From: a virus | DNA length: 64,000 bases | IMG/VR virus record: IMGVR_UViG_3300025137_005412 | Coordinates: 64,001-128,000 of that record | Direction: 5' to 3' (one strand) | Shown here: positions 8,444 to 17,559 of the stretch, piece after piece | Layout of the letters: the number at the start of each line of letters is the position of its first letter | How positions within the stretch are numbered: position 1 is the stretch's first letter | Notes under the pieces: model-generated | Told to the model about the DNA's origin: nothing | What the model saw: only the letters and a program-made list of their open reading frames with translations | The model's database searches: none | Made by a program: the position numbers and the translations under genes

Positions 8444-9570
8444 TGCGTGTTATAATAAAGAGTATTGCTCTCATTGTGGCGGTGAGTATAGTGTTTTTGT
8501 ATGGCAATAAAGTTTATGCTAATACCATAGGAGATGTCATATTACAAGAGGGCAATACTGTTATAGAACAAAGTGGAGAAGATAATATATCTGTCGAAGG
8601 ACTAGGTATATTTTCTTATGATGTCGTTAAGACGGGAAATGGTAAAACTGCTATCTCGTTTATTGACGACACTCGCGTTGATGTCACTGAACATTCAAAA
8701 CTCATAATTGACGAGTTTGTATTTGATCCTGTAAACAATAAAGGATCACTCTCATTGAAAGCAACTTTAGGAACTGTACGTTATGCTTCTGGCCAGATAG
8801 CAAAGAACTATGCACAGAACGTAAGTATAACTACTCCAACTGCAACAATCGGAGTAAGAGGAACTGATTTTAGTATGACCGTCGATGAAATTGGCGGATC
8901 AACAATTATACTATTACCATCATGCAATACAAGTGGATATTGTTATGTAGGAGAAATTGAAGTTGAAACAGATGCTGGATTTGTAATAATGAATCAAGCA
9001 TTCCAAGCAACTGTAGTCACAACAGGTGAAACAAAACCTATGAAGCCTGTCATCTTAGATCTAGATGAAACAATGATAGGTAATCTTTTAATAATTCAGA
9101 AACCACCAGAAATTAAAGAACAGCAAGAAAAAGCTGAGTATAATGAAGTAGCAAATGCTCTTGATATAGACTTCTTAGAATTTAATGATTTAGAAGTTGA
9201 TGAGCTTGAACTTGAAAATGATACATGGGCTACTGGTCTAGATATAGATTTTTTAGAACAAAACTTCTTAGTAGATGTATTAGATCAAATTAATAAAGAA
9301 CTTGCAAAAGCAATGAGATCAGCATTTGCAAAATCAGAACAAGATACTATTGGTAATATAAAACTTGGTAAGGATCCTGAAACTGGTATCTTTATATTAG
9401 ATGAAGATCCTCAATGGGTGTATGGTAGAGAAGGACCATCCAATTATTTTGAATTAAGATTAGATAGAGAGTTTGGATATATTATTAGTTTTACTCAAGG
9501 CGATTTTGAAATATATGACTTTGAATTAGGAGGACAGGATAATGAGATCCGCATTTTTCAAAGCAATTAG
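8443..9570 (+). CDS. FecR-domain protein
   Basis: Signal peptide; D.VKTG...ISF.DDTRV...EHS.L.I, G..RYASG, TPTATIGVRGTDF FecR-domain motifs. Confidence 0.85.
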   Translation: MRVIIKSIALIVAVSIVFLYGNKVYANTIGDVILQEGNTVIEQSGEDNISVEGLGIFSYDVVKTGNGKTAISFIDDTRVDVTEHSKLIIDEFVFDPVNNKGSLSLKATLGTVRYASGQIAKNYAQNVSITTPTATIGVRGTDFSMTVDEIGGSTIILLPSCNTSGYCYVGEIEVETDAGFVIMNQAFQATVVTTGETKPMKPVILDLDETMIGNLLIIQKPPEIKEQQEKAEYNEVANALDIDFLEFNDLEVDELELENDTWATGLDIDFLEQNFLVDVLDQINKELAKAMRSAFAKSEQDTIGNIKLGKDPETGIFILDEDPQWVYGREGPSNYFELRLDREFGYIISFTQGDFEIYDFELGGQDNEIRIFQSN

Positions 9571-10861
9571 TATTCTATTTTTTGTTCTATTAATGAATGA
9601 TACTGTCGAAGCTGGTTCATTGAACTATGAGGTGTTTGCAATTACATCATACGCTCCATATTTAGAAGCACCTTGTTTTGATGGTGGTAATTATCTTTCT
9701 ACATGTAATAATACTAATCCAGCGTATAGAGGTGCTTCACAGGGAAGTGGTACTCTTGACAGTTTAAATTACAACTGGAATAGTGGCAATATTAATATTG
9801 GTGGCAATAATTATAGTGGATCATATAGAATGATAGTTATCACAGGATATTGGCAACATCCAGGAACTGCAGGTCAAACATCAACTGTATATTTTGCTGG
9901 TCGTAATGATGATGGTCTTATAGTAAATATTAATAATACTAAAGTAATATCTGACTGGGCACAACAAGGTCCAACATATTGGAACTCTAATGGTTCATTT
10001 TCTGGTGTGGGTGGTCAATGGTATCCGATAAATATAAACTGGTATGAATGGAGTGGTTCTGCCAATATGGATATTCATTATAGAATTGATGGTAATAATG
10101 CTACTAATACAACATCTGGTTGGTTAGATATGAACAACAATCATTTTGCCTTGACATTAACTGTGCAAGCAGGTATAACTTCATCTCAACAAACTTCAGT
10201 GACTAATACAAAGAATACATCAAGCACTACAAATAACATATACATAACACAAAGTGGTAGCAATGTAGATCTTAGTATACTACAAGATGGTGATAATAAT
10301 GTGGTGATAGGAACTGACTTAACATCTGCAGGTGTAATCAGTGGAGATAATAATGATGTAGATATAGCACAATATAGTAATAACAATATATTAGGAATTG
10401 ATATAAGCGGTAATTCAAATGATGTTGATATTTGGCAAGACCTAAATCAACGAGCAATAATAGATATTAATGGAGCATCAAACACTTTAGCTTTAAAACA
10501 AGAAGATCTCAATGGTTCAGGTGCTCACTATACTAACATAGATCTTGATGGTAATAACAATATACTAAGCTTATGGCAAAAAGAAACTGGTGATAAGATC
10601 TTATTTATGGATATTGGCAATAGTAATAACGTGACTACATTACAACATGGAACTGGTGATCATTTTCTTGATATAAATCTTGGTGATAGTCATACTGTAA
10701 ATGTAGAACAGGATGGTTCTGGAACTCATAATGCTTATATTAATTTGACAGGAAATTCTTCCTCACTTACATTAACACAAGATAGTTCAAGCAATATGAA
10801 TTATCATTTAAATCAGAATTGTACTAATCCAAGTTGCTCAGCAACGGTGACACAGAACTAA
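9542..10861 (+). CDS. Secreted protein with PA14-like domain fused to curlin repeats
   Basis: Signal peptide; FAGRNDDGLIV...W...YPININWYEWSG PA14-like core; C-terminal I.I.Q.G..N repeats. Confidence 0.7.
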   Translation: MRSAFFKAISILFFVLLMNDTVEAGSLNYEVFAITSYAPYLEAPCFDGGNYLSTCNNTNPAYRGASQGSGTLDSLNYNWNSGNINIGGNNYSGSYRMIVITGYWQHPGTAGQTSTVYFAGRNDDGLIVNINNTKVISDWAQQGPTYWNSNGSFSGVGGQWYPININWYEWSGSANMDIHYRIDGNNATNTTSGWLDMNNNHFALTLTVQAGITSSQQTSVTNTKNTSSTTNNIYITQSGSNVDLSILQDGDNNVVIGTDLTSAGVISGDNNDVDIAQYSNNNILGIDISGNSNDVDIWQDLNQRAIIDINGASNTLALKQEDLNGSGAHYTNIDLDGNNNILSLWQKETGDKILFMDIGNSNNVTTLQHGTGDHFLDINLGDSHTVNVEQDGSGTHNAYINLTGNSSSLTLTQDSSSNMNYHLNQNCTNPSCSATVTQN

Positions 10862-12726
10862 TGAAGAAAATATTTACACATTGGACATTTGCATTTGTCA
10901 CGCTCTTTATCCTTACATATATAGGATTACAAGATCCTACAGTAAAAGAAATATTACGTCTAAAATCATTTGACTTTCTTATTCAATCACAAGAAAAATC
11001 AATGTCAAAAGATATTATTATTGTAGAAATTGACGAGGCTACAATAGAAAAATACGGTCAATACCCATTTAACAGAAGTGTATATGCAGATCTAATATTA
11101 AAGTTAAGAGAGAATGAAGCTGGCGTAATTCTATTTCCAATATTATTTTCTGAAGAAGATAGACAAGGTGGTGATGAATACTTTGGAGATGTATTACAAT
11201 ATGGCACTGTTATTGCACAAGTAGGTACAACACAAATAAACAAGAATGCGGTACCAAGAGGTGTTGCAAAGATTGGAGATCCAATACCATTTTTATTTGA
11301 ATGGCCTGGAATGTTAGGACCGATTCCTGAATTAAAATCAAATGGTGTAGGTGTAATTAATACTGTACCTGAAATTGATGGTGTTGTAAGAAGAATACCA
11401 TTGCTTATGAGAATTGGTGAAGAAGTTTATCCGTCAATGGCAATTGAAATGATAAGAGTTGCAGTAGGTGATCCATCATACCAAGTGAAAGCTGATGCTA
11501 ATGGTATCACTGCTATGCGGGTACCCGGGTACGCGACCATACCCACGGACATGCATGCACGGGTCTGGTTGAATTATAATAAGACCTTTGATTCTATCTC
11601 ATTAGTAGACGACGACTTGCATTATGAACTAGTAAAAGGCAAAACAGTCATAGTTTCTTTAACCGCTGAAGGTCTTAATAACATTATAGCTACACCATTA
11701 GGTGAACAATATTCACATACAATAATAGCAAACAACATTCAAACAATTATTGATGGTGATAATATTATTAGAAATGATTTACAATTACTAGAACTTTTAA
11801 TTGCATTCATGGCTTCTGCTTGTTTTATAGCATTAACAAGAATAGCACCTTATTGGATTATTGGTGTAGGTCTTATTGGTGCATATATAGTGAGTGTATA
11901 TGGTACATACTTTATGTTTCATCAAACAAAAGAGATGTATGATGTAAGTTGGTTTCTTATCATGATTACATTTGTAAGTTTACATGCAATCTTTAATAGA
12001 TTCATACTAGAGTTTAATTTAAAACAACAAATAAGAAAACAATTTGAAAAGTATCTTGATCCAAGACAAGTTGCTATATTACAAAAGAATCCAGATAAGA
12101 TTAAACTAGGTGGTGATAGAAAAGAAATGAGTTTCTTATTTATGGATATTGTAGGTTTCACACCGATATCAGAACATTACAAAAATCAAGATGATCCAGA
12201 AGGATTAGTCGAAGTCATTAATGATTATCTAAATAGAATGACTAAGATTGTTTTAAGAAATGGTGGTACTGTAGACAAATATATGGGTGATTGTATTATG
12301 GCATTTTGGAATGCACCACTTGATTGTGATAATCATGCGGATCTTGCGGTACAAACAGCAATTGAATGTGCTGAAGAAACAGAAATAATTAAAGAAGAAT
12401 TTAAAGCAAAAGGTTTACCTGAAATTAATATTGGAAGTGGTGTAAATACTGGTACTTGTATTGTAGGTAATATGGGTAGTGAAATGAGATTAGATTATTC
12501 AGTGATTGGTGATTCAGTAAATCTTGCCGCTAGATTAGAAGCTGCAACTAGAAACTATAAAGATAAAGATGGTAATGTAGCTACATTATTATATTCACAA
12601 CATACTAAGGATTTACTAACTAATGTAGAGTCTATCGAAGTGGATAAGATAAAAGTTAAAGGTAAAGAAGAATTAATTACTATCTACTCACCACTATCTA
12701 CAAGTTCTGCTTCTAAACCTGGATAG
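10861..12726 (+). CDS. CHASE2-domain class III adenylate/guanylate cyclase
   Basis: CHASE2 motifs (IVEIDE.TI...G.YPF.R, DGVVRRIPL, TP.G), three TM helices, cyclase core FMDIVGFT / DKYMGDCIMAFW / GNMGS..RLDYSVIGDSVNLAARLE; start taken at coupled ATG 10861. Confidence 0.93.
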   Translation: MKKIFTHWTFAFVTLFILTYIGLQDPTVKEILRLKSFDFLIQSQEKSMSKDIIIVEIDEATIEKYGQYPFNRSVYADLILKLRENEAGVILFPILFSEEDRQGGDEYFGDVLQYGTVIAQVGTTQINKNAVPRGVAKIGDPIPFLFEWPGMLGPIPELKSNGVGVINTVPEIDGVVRRIPLLMRIGEEVYPSMAIEMIRVAVGDPSYQVKADANGITAMRVPGYATIPTDMHARVWLNYNKTFDSISLVDDDLHYELVKGKTVIVSLTAEGLNNIIATPLGEQYSHTIIANNIQTIIDGDNIIRNDLQLLELLIAFMASACFIALTRIAPYWIIGVGLIGAYIVSVYGTYFMFHQTKEMYDVSWFLIMITFVSLHAIFNRFILEFNLKQQIRKQFEKYLDPRQVAILQKNPDKIKLGGDRKEMSFLFMDIVGFTPISEHYKNQDDPEGLVEVINDYLNRMTKIVLRNGGTVDKYMGDCIMAFWNAPLDCDNHADLAVQTAIECAEETEIIKEEFKAKGLPEINIGSGVNTGTCIVGNMGSEMRLDYSVIGDSVNLAARLEAATRNYKDKDGNVATLLYSQHTKDLLTNVESIEVDKIKVKGKEELITIYSPLSTSSASKPG

Positions 12727-14261
12727 TAGTTATCCCCGTAAATTTGTTTCTTTGCATAGTTGTAGGCAAATGCAGCGGTCTTTCTTTCCATATGTTCCCA
12801 ATTAATATCTTTTTGTTTTGTATGTTGTATCTTTCTAAAGTCTTCATCAATAGCTGTTAATTGCATGAGTCTAAATCCAGCAGGCTTAACAAATTCGTTA
12901 GAAGCATAATTGAATTCAACACATGCTCTATTTGCTGTAGATGAATTGAAGTTTCCTTGTTTCCAATATAATCCATTACCTGGAATAGGAAACTTATATC
13001 CCCATTTCTGAGCATCTCTATCAAACTTACTCATTTGTATTTCACCTGGTTTTTCATGTTGATTAATATAAAGTGCTTGAAAAATCCAATATCCAGGTTG
13101 ATGTTTTACTAACCAATCCCATGTCTCTTGTAAATTTTCTTGTGTTTCTCCTGGTAATCCAATAATAAATCCTAATTCAAATGTGATTTCATCTTTCCAA
13201 TCATTCATTAATTCTTCCATGAATTCTTTACCCATTCTACCATTCCAACCTTTACCAATTGCTTTCGAAGCTTCTGGATGAAATGATTCGATACCAAAGA
13301 ATGGTGATACTAATCCTATCTCTCTTAATAAATCTTTCTGCGCTTTCCTTGCCCATATTAAATCCAATCTATGATAACCTACATACTTTAAATCAAATGG
13401 CAAGTCACTTGATATTTTTGCAAGTTGTTCCATCTTATCCATATCCTCATTAAATGTATCATCAGTAAAGATATATTTTGTTGTACCGAATGTTTCATAG
13501 TTATATAAGAACTCATCTTCAATTCTCTTGTAATCTCTTATATAAGTTCCTTTCTTTTTTCCAATTAGTGGATATGAACAGAATGAACATTCAAATTGAC
13601 AGCCTCTACCCATCTCCATAAGTAAAGCTTCATTAGAACCTATAGATAAGTTAGTACCAATGTACGCACGATTTGATTGTTTTATATCAAAATCTTTTCT
13701 TACACCAGCAAAATTACTTCTTTCATCGAGATATTTTAAGAAAGCATCTTCAGCAAAGCCATGAATCTTTCTCCAATTAAATTCCATATTACCATAGTGT
13801 GATTGTGAACCTCCCATTACCCAATCTAATTTTGGATATTTTCTTTCTAATTCTGTTCTTGCATTAATTACCCAGTAAGGTTCTTCAGTTCTATTTGGAC
13901 CAGCCATCATATTAGTAAAGTTCTGATCGAATAGTTTTCTTTTTTGTGTTGGATCGTTTGAATGACCGACTTGATCACCAACTGATGTAGTGTATGTATT
14001 TGTTTTTTGAGAACCTTTTGCTTTCTTCATCCTTACACTTGGATGCCAGAAAGATGTACTTACACCGATACCAATTGTTTCAGGACCGATATGTTTCTCA
14101 TTAATTTCTATAAAATCTTTGTGTTGTAGTAAATGACTGAAGTCAATTACTTTTACGTTGTACCCATGTTGAATACACCATGACGCAAGTTGATGTGGAC
14201 CTAATGGTCTTATTGGAGCGTAATCCTCCGCAAGACAATTCCATATAACAAAATGCGCCAT
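12684..14261 (-). CDS. Radical SAM enzyme with N-terminal cobalamin-binding-like region
   Basis: RGCQFECSFC (CxxxCxxC), FTDDTF, FGIES, FIIGLPGET; N-terminal PLG...LA....GY.V..ID and IGVS...MGG pattern of B12-binding domains. Confidence 0.85.
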   Translation of the reverse strand: MAHFVIWNCLAEDYAPIRPLGPHQLASWCIQHGYNVKVIDFSHLLQHKDFIEINEKHIGPETIGIGVSTSFWHPSVRMKKAKGSQKTNTYTTSVGDQVGHSNDPTQKRKLFDQNFTNMMAGPNRTEEPYWVINARTELERKYPKLDWVMGGSQSHYGNMEFNWRKIHGFAEDAFLKYLDERSNFAGVRKDFDIKQSNRAYIGTNLSIGSNEALLMEMGRGCQFECSFCSYPLIGKKKGTYIRDYKRIEDEFLYNYETFGTTKYIFTDDTFNEDMDKMEQLAKISSDLPFDLKYVGYHRLDLIWARKAQKDLLREIGLVSPFFGIESFHPEASKAIGKGWNGRMGKEFMEELMNDWKDEITFELGFIIGLPGETQENLQETWDWLVKHQPGYWIFQALYINQHEKPGEIQMSKFDRDAQKWGYKFPIPGNGLYWKQGNFNSSTANRACVEFNYASNEFVKPAGFRLMQLTAIDEDFRKIQHTKQKDINWEHMERKTAAFAYNYAKKQIYGDNYYPGLEAELVDSGE

Positions 14262-14278
14262 GTAGTATTTAACTACTC

Positions 14279-15187
14279 TTAAGAGTCAGCAGCTAAGGTC
14301 TTAAAGTAATCTTCAAGATCTTCATCATCATCTTTGGTAGTTGATTCTTTGCTTTCAAATACTTGTGCAAAGTCATTACCTTCAGTTGTTGATGTTTCAG
14401 CAGTTGGCACTTCGACGGTTTTTGTAGCTACTGCCGGAGCAGAAGTTTCCATAATCTCGCCAAGAGTCAAGGTGAGCTTTTCTTTAAGTTCGTCATAAGA
14501 CTTAAACTTATCTTCAGCAACAAGATCATGAACATCATGCTGTGCATCAAATATAGCTTTCATCTTTTCATCAGACTCAGATAAAGCAGATGACTTTTCA
14601 AATGTAGAAGAGTCATAGTTCCAATAGCCACCAACCATTTTGATTTTGATTCTAAAGTTTGCACCTTCGATTAAATCAAATGGATTAACTGGTTGATCAT
14701 CATCAAACTCAGGTTGCATTGCAGACATAATTTTGTCAAAGATTTTTTGACCAAATTTGTATATCTTAACTTTACCTTCGTTTGTGGTGTCATTAGGATC
14801 ATTGAGAACAAGTGCATTCGCATAGTAAGCAGTTCTTCGTTTCTGCTTTCTTGCAATATCTTTATTCTCTTCAATACCTGAATTCCATAACTTAGAGTTA
14901 TGTTCAGATACTGGATCTTGTTTACCGATGGTTGTTAGAGAATTCTCTATATACCATTTACCAGTGGGACCCTGAAAACCATGATCATACATAGTCACCC
15001 AAGGTGTTTTGTTGGAATCTTTACCAGGTAAGAATCGAACTACAGCATAACCTGTACCATCTTTTCCCATACGTGGTTTCCAGATACGATCATCATCGTA
15101 GCTTTTCTTCTCAGTATTTTTCTGTAAAGATTGTTGAAGTTGCTCAAATTGATTTGAGCGGTTTTTTAGATAATCATCAAAAGACAT
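14279..15187 (-). CDS. gp32: Single-stranded DNA-binding protein gp32
   Basis: DDRIW...G.GYAVVRFLP, HGFQGPTGKWYIENSLTT, GANFRIKI...NYD.S.F, acidic tail ending YF..LA. Confidence 0.97.
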   Translation of the reverse strand: MSFDDYLKNRSNQFEQLQQSLQKNTEKKSYDDDRIWKPRMGKDGTGYAVVRFLPGKDSNKTPWVTMYDHGFQGPTGKWYIENSLTTIGKQDPVSEHNSKLWNSGIEENKDIARKQKRRTAYYANALVLNDPNDTTNEGKVKIYKFGQKIFDKIMSAMQPEFDDDQPVNPFDLIEGANFRIKIKMVGGYWNYDSSTFEKSSALSESDEKMKAIFDAQHDVHDLVAEDKFKSYDELKEKLTLTLGEIMETSAPAVATKTVEVPTAETSTTEGNDFAQVFESKESTTKDDDEDLEDYFKTLAADS

Positions 15188-15243
15188 AATTTACCTCCGT
15201 TTCGTCGTTTCGATTGTTCGTAGCAGTTAAGTTTAACAAGATT

Positions 15244-15831
15244 CTAGCTTGATATAAAAGTATCTCTTGCAATACCTTCATAATATTTATACTCCAGTTT
15301 ATTAATTATAAATGGTTTATACTTCTTGACTTTCTTGATATAATCAGGCCAGACAAAAGGTAATTTAACCATCGCTTCGTGCTTCTCCAAAAACGGATAT
15401 ATATTATCTAATAATACCACGGATTCAAGATTTATTTCGCTTTTCATCACTTTATCATGAATTAATGGTATTGAATCTTTTGTAGCTTCTAACATTTTAG
15501 ATGGACCAACTTCTTTTATATGTATCATATCATCTTTAAATAGTTGTGGCATTCTTCTTATCTTACTTTTCCATTCTTCGAAAGTGGACTTATTCATATT
15601 CTTTATCCAGCATTTTGGATTATCAATAAAGTGTGAGACTAGAAAGTCTTCTATATCTGATGGCTCTATTACTTTAGTTAGCTTTTCAAATGAGAACATA
15701 TCATTTCTTTTTTGATATGCATCTGTTGAAGCTTTTACTTTACCACCAAACTTGTGATAATCATAGTTGCTTGTAAAGTGTCTTTGTAATGCAAGGTATT
15801 TTAAGTAAGCGAGATATCCTGTCTTTGTCAT
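15244..15831 (-). CDS. gp59: Helicase loader gp59
   Basis: Y..YLAL..HF...YDY.KF.GK, KR.D..FFEKL-like motif, KYKPF; synteny with gp33/gp32. Confidence 0.88.
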   Translation of the reverse strand: MTKTGYLAYLKYLALQRHFTSNYDYHKFGGKVKASTDAYQKRNDMFSFEKLTKVIEPSDIEDFLVSHFIDNPKCWIKNMNKSTFEEWKSKIRRMPQLFKDDMIHIKEVGPSKMLEATKDSIPLIHDKVMKSEINLESVVLLDNIYPFLEKHEAMVKLPFVWPDYIKKVKKYKPFIINKLEYKYYEGIARDTFISS

Positions 15832-16391
15832 GTACTATACCTATAATTTATTTCTGCATGTTTCTCTTCATCAGCTCTTATCTTTATAATAATATCTCTG
15901 AGTGTTGAATCATCTTTTAAATTATAGTACTGTTTTGCTAGCTTTGTTGCTGGAATATTTTCAGCTTGTCCAGAATCAACCATGTGTAAGTATTGTGTAT
16001 AAGATATTACAGCTTCTTTCTCAAAGTAATGTATCATTCTGTGAGCTGTCTTTGGAAAGAATACAAACAGAAAAAAGTAAAATACAAGAAAGATAAATTG
16101 TGCAAATAATACTATCCATCTTTCTAACCATGTAGGTTTTGCTATATCAATAAAAATCATGAGATGCATTCTTTCATTCTCAGCTTCATCCATCATCTCT
16201 CTTATCTTAGGACCAAGACCAGCTTCCATTTTTCTTAATGATTTCATGTGTAGCCATACACCAGCTACAATACCTGGAACACCTGCAATAGTCTCTAATA
16301 CTATTGCTCTATGCCCATATCTCTTTGCAAAGAACGTGTCAGCTATGAGCCGAAAGAAGGAGGTCATAGATCTTGCAAACTTATCAGACAA
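15828..16391 (-). CDS. aox: Alternative oxidase (di-iron ubiquinol oxidase)
   Basis: LETIAGVPG, EAENERMHL, EKEAVISYT, IRADEEKH iron-binding motifs of AOX. Confidence 0.93.
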   Translation of the reverse strand: MSDKFARSMTSFFRLIADTFFAKRYGHRAIVLETIAGVPGIVAGVWLHMKSLRKMEAGLGPKIREMMDEAENERMHLMIFIDIAKPTWLERWIVLFAQFIFLVFYFFLFVFFPKTAHRMIHYFEKEAVISYTQYLHMVDSGQAENIPATKLAKQYYNLKDDSTLRDIIIKIRADEEKHAEINYRYST

Positions 16392-16674
16392 GGCTATTGA
16401 CCTTATACTTTAACATATTTAGGTCAGAAGCATCTTTCTCAATCTTTTCTTTTATATTCTTAGGCAACATTAACTTCATACCTTCTACTTCTAATCCATA
16501 TTTTTCACAGACATATACTACAGCATCAATATAATTACCACCACCAGATGCTACAACTTCTTCTATTTCTTTTGGTAGGTTTTTAACTTTAGCTTGGAAA
16601 TCACTATCTGTAATTTCTTTTTTCCTTGCAGATAACTTGGGTAAGGTATCGTTGTCTTCTAATCCTATTTGCAT
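16384..16674 (-). CDS. gp33: Late-transcription coactivator gp33
   Basis: YIDAVV..CE...LE.E......IKEKIE.DA..LN.L pattern; position before gp59. Confidence 0.85.
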   Translation of the reverse strand: MQIGLEDNDTLPKLSARKKEITDSDFQAKVKNLPKEIEEVVASGGGNYIDAVVYVCEKYGLEVEGMKLMLPKNIKEKIEKDASDLNMLKYKVNSLV

Positions 16675-16901
16675 TATGTTATTTCTGGGTTATCTTGTAC
16701 GTCATAATCTTTTGATAAGACGGACTTAATTAAATTTGCTAGAACAACATCCATGTCATTCAAATTTCTTGATCTGTAGTAATCTTCTACTAATTGTAGT
16801 ATTCTGATTTGTTCTTTATGTGGTACTGATGCATTTTTCTTGAAATTAATAATGTCAGTCATTACTTTCTGTACATCAGAGGGTCCTATAAAACTATCCA
16901 T
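16674..16901 (-). CDS. Hypothetical protein (75 aa)
   Basis: Start reassigned to MDSFIGP with GGAG upstream; the longer ORF overlaps the exonuclease. Confidence 0.6.
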   Translation of the reverse strand: MDSFIGPSDVQKVMTDIINFKKNASVPHKEQIRILQLVEDYYRSRNLNDMDVVLANLIKSVLSKDYDVQDNPEIT

Positions 16902-17559
16902 ATTCACTCTCCTGTTGTTTTGATTTATATAAGGCAATTCTCGTCTTAAGTCTTTCAGTCCAATACTTGTTTTCTCTGGCAGTTTTGGTAAACTCTTGGA
17001 TCCTACCATCTTGAGTGCAGATAATGATTTTAGTACTTTTTGGTAATATGTTTGTATGTTCATAAAATGCATTGAAGTAAAAAGCCGCTTGTATAAAATA
17101 ATCTTGTATCCATTCTTCATTCTTTGGTTTCTTAGAAGTCTTAAAATCAATAACGGATATTTCACCATCCATTTCAGCAATACAATCTACAGTACCAGCA
17201 ACTCCTAAGCGATCACTGTATACCGCTTGTTCTAGACACTTAACAGTAGATATCCTGTCAAGGGTAGGACGTATGGCTCTAAATAATATAGATTTATCAA
17301 ACTTTTCATTGAGTAAATATCTTTCACATTCTTTATGAAAGCGAGTACCGTGTGTTGTTGCTTGTTTGCTAACTCTGTTTGCTTCTTTTTCACCAACTCT
17401 TTTCTTCCATTCAAATAGTTTTGTCTTATCAGCGGTTTGTCCAAGTACTGTTGTTATAGATGGATATTTATTTCCATCCGGAGTATTGTAGTATCTTCTG
17501 TCAGGTTCCGTAACTTGTTCAAGCTTAGGAACTTTAATAAAATCATGTTGAAACTTCAT
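16894..17559 (-). CDS. PD-(D/E)XK exonuclease of T4-like phages
   Basis: R.Y.TPDG.KYPSITTVL, GT.FH, AGTVDCIA...IDFKTS, YF.Q. Confidence 0.88.
   Translation of the reverse strand: MKFQHDFIKVPKLEQVTEPDRRYYNTPDGNKYPSITTVLGQTADKTKLFEWKKRVGEKEANRVSKQATTHGTRFHKECERYLLNEKFDKSILFRAIRPTLDRISTVKCLEQAVYSDRLGVAGTVDCIAEMDGEISVIDFKTSKKPKNEEWIQDYFIQAAFYFNAFYEHTNILPKSTKIIICTQDGRIQEFTKTARENKYWTERLKTRIALYKSKQQESEYG

Noticed and set aside
6415-12726. Bacterial contamination or chimeric assembly of the curli operon
   Set aside because: Same AT-rich composition as the flanks, a phage late-promoter motif upstream, and overlap with neighbouring phage genes.
16902-17180. Long version of ORF 16674-17180
   Set aside because: It overlaps the exonuclease in another frame; the RBS supports a start at 16901.
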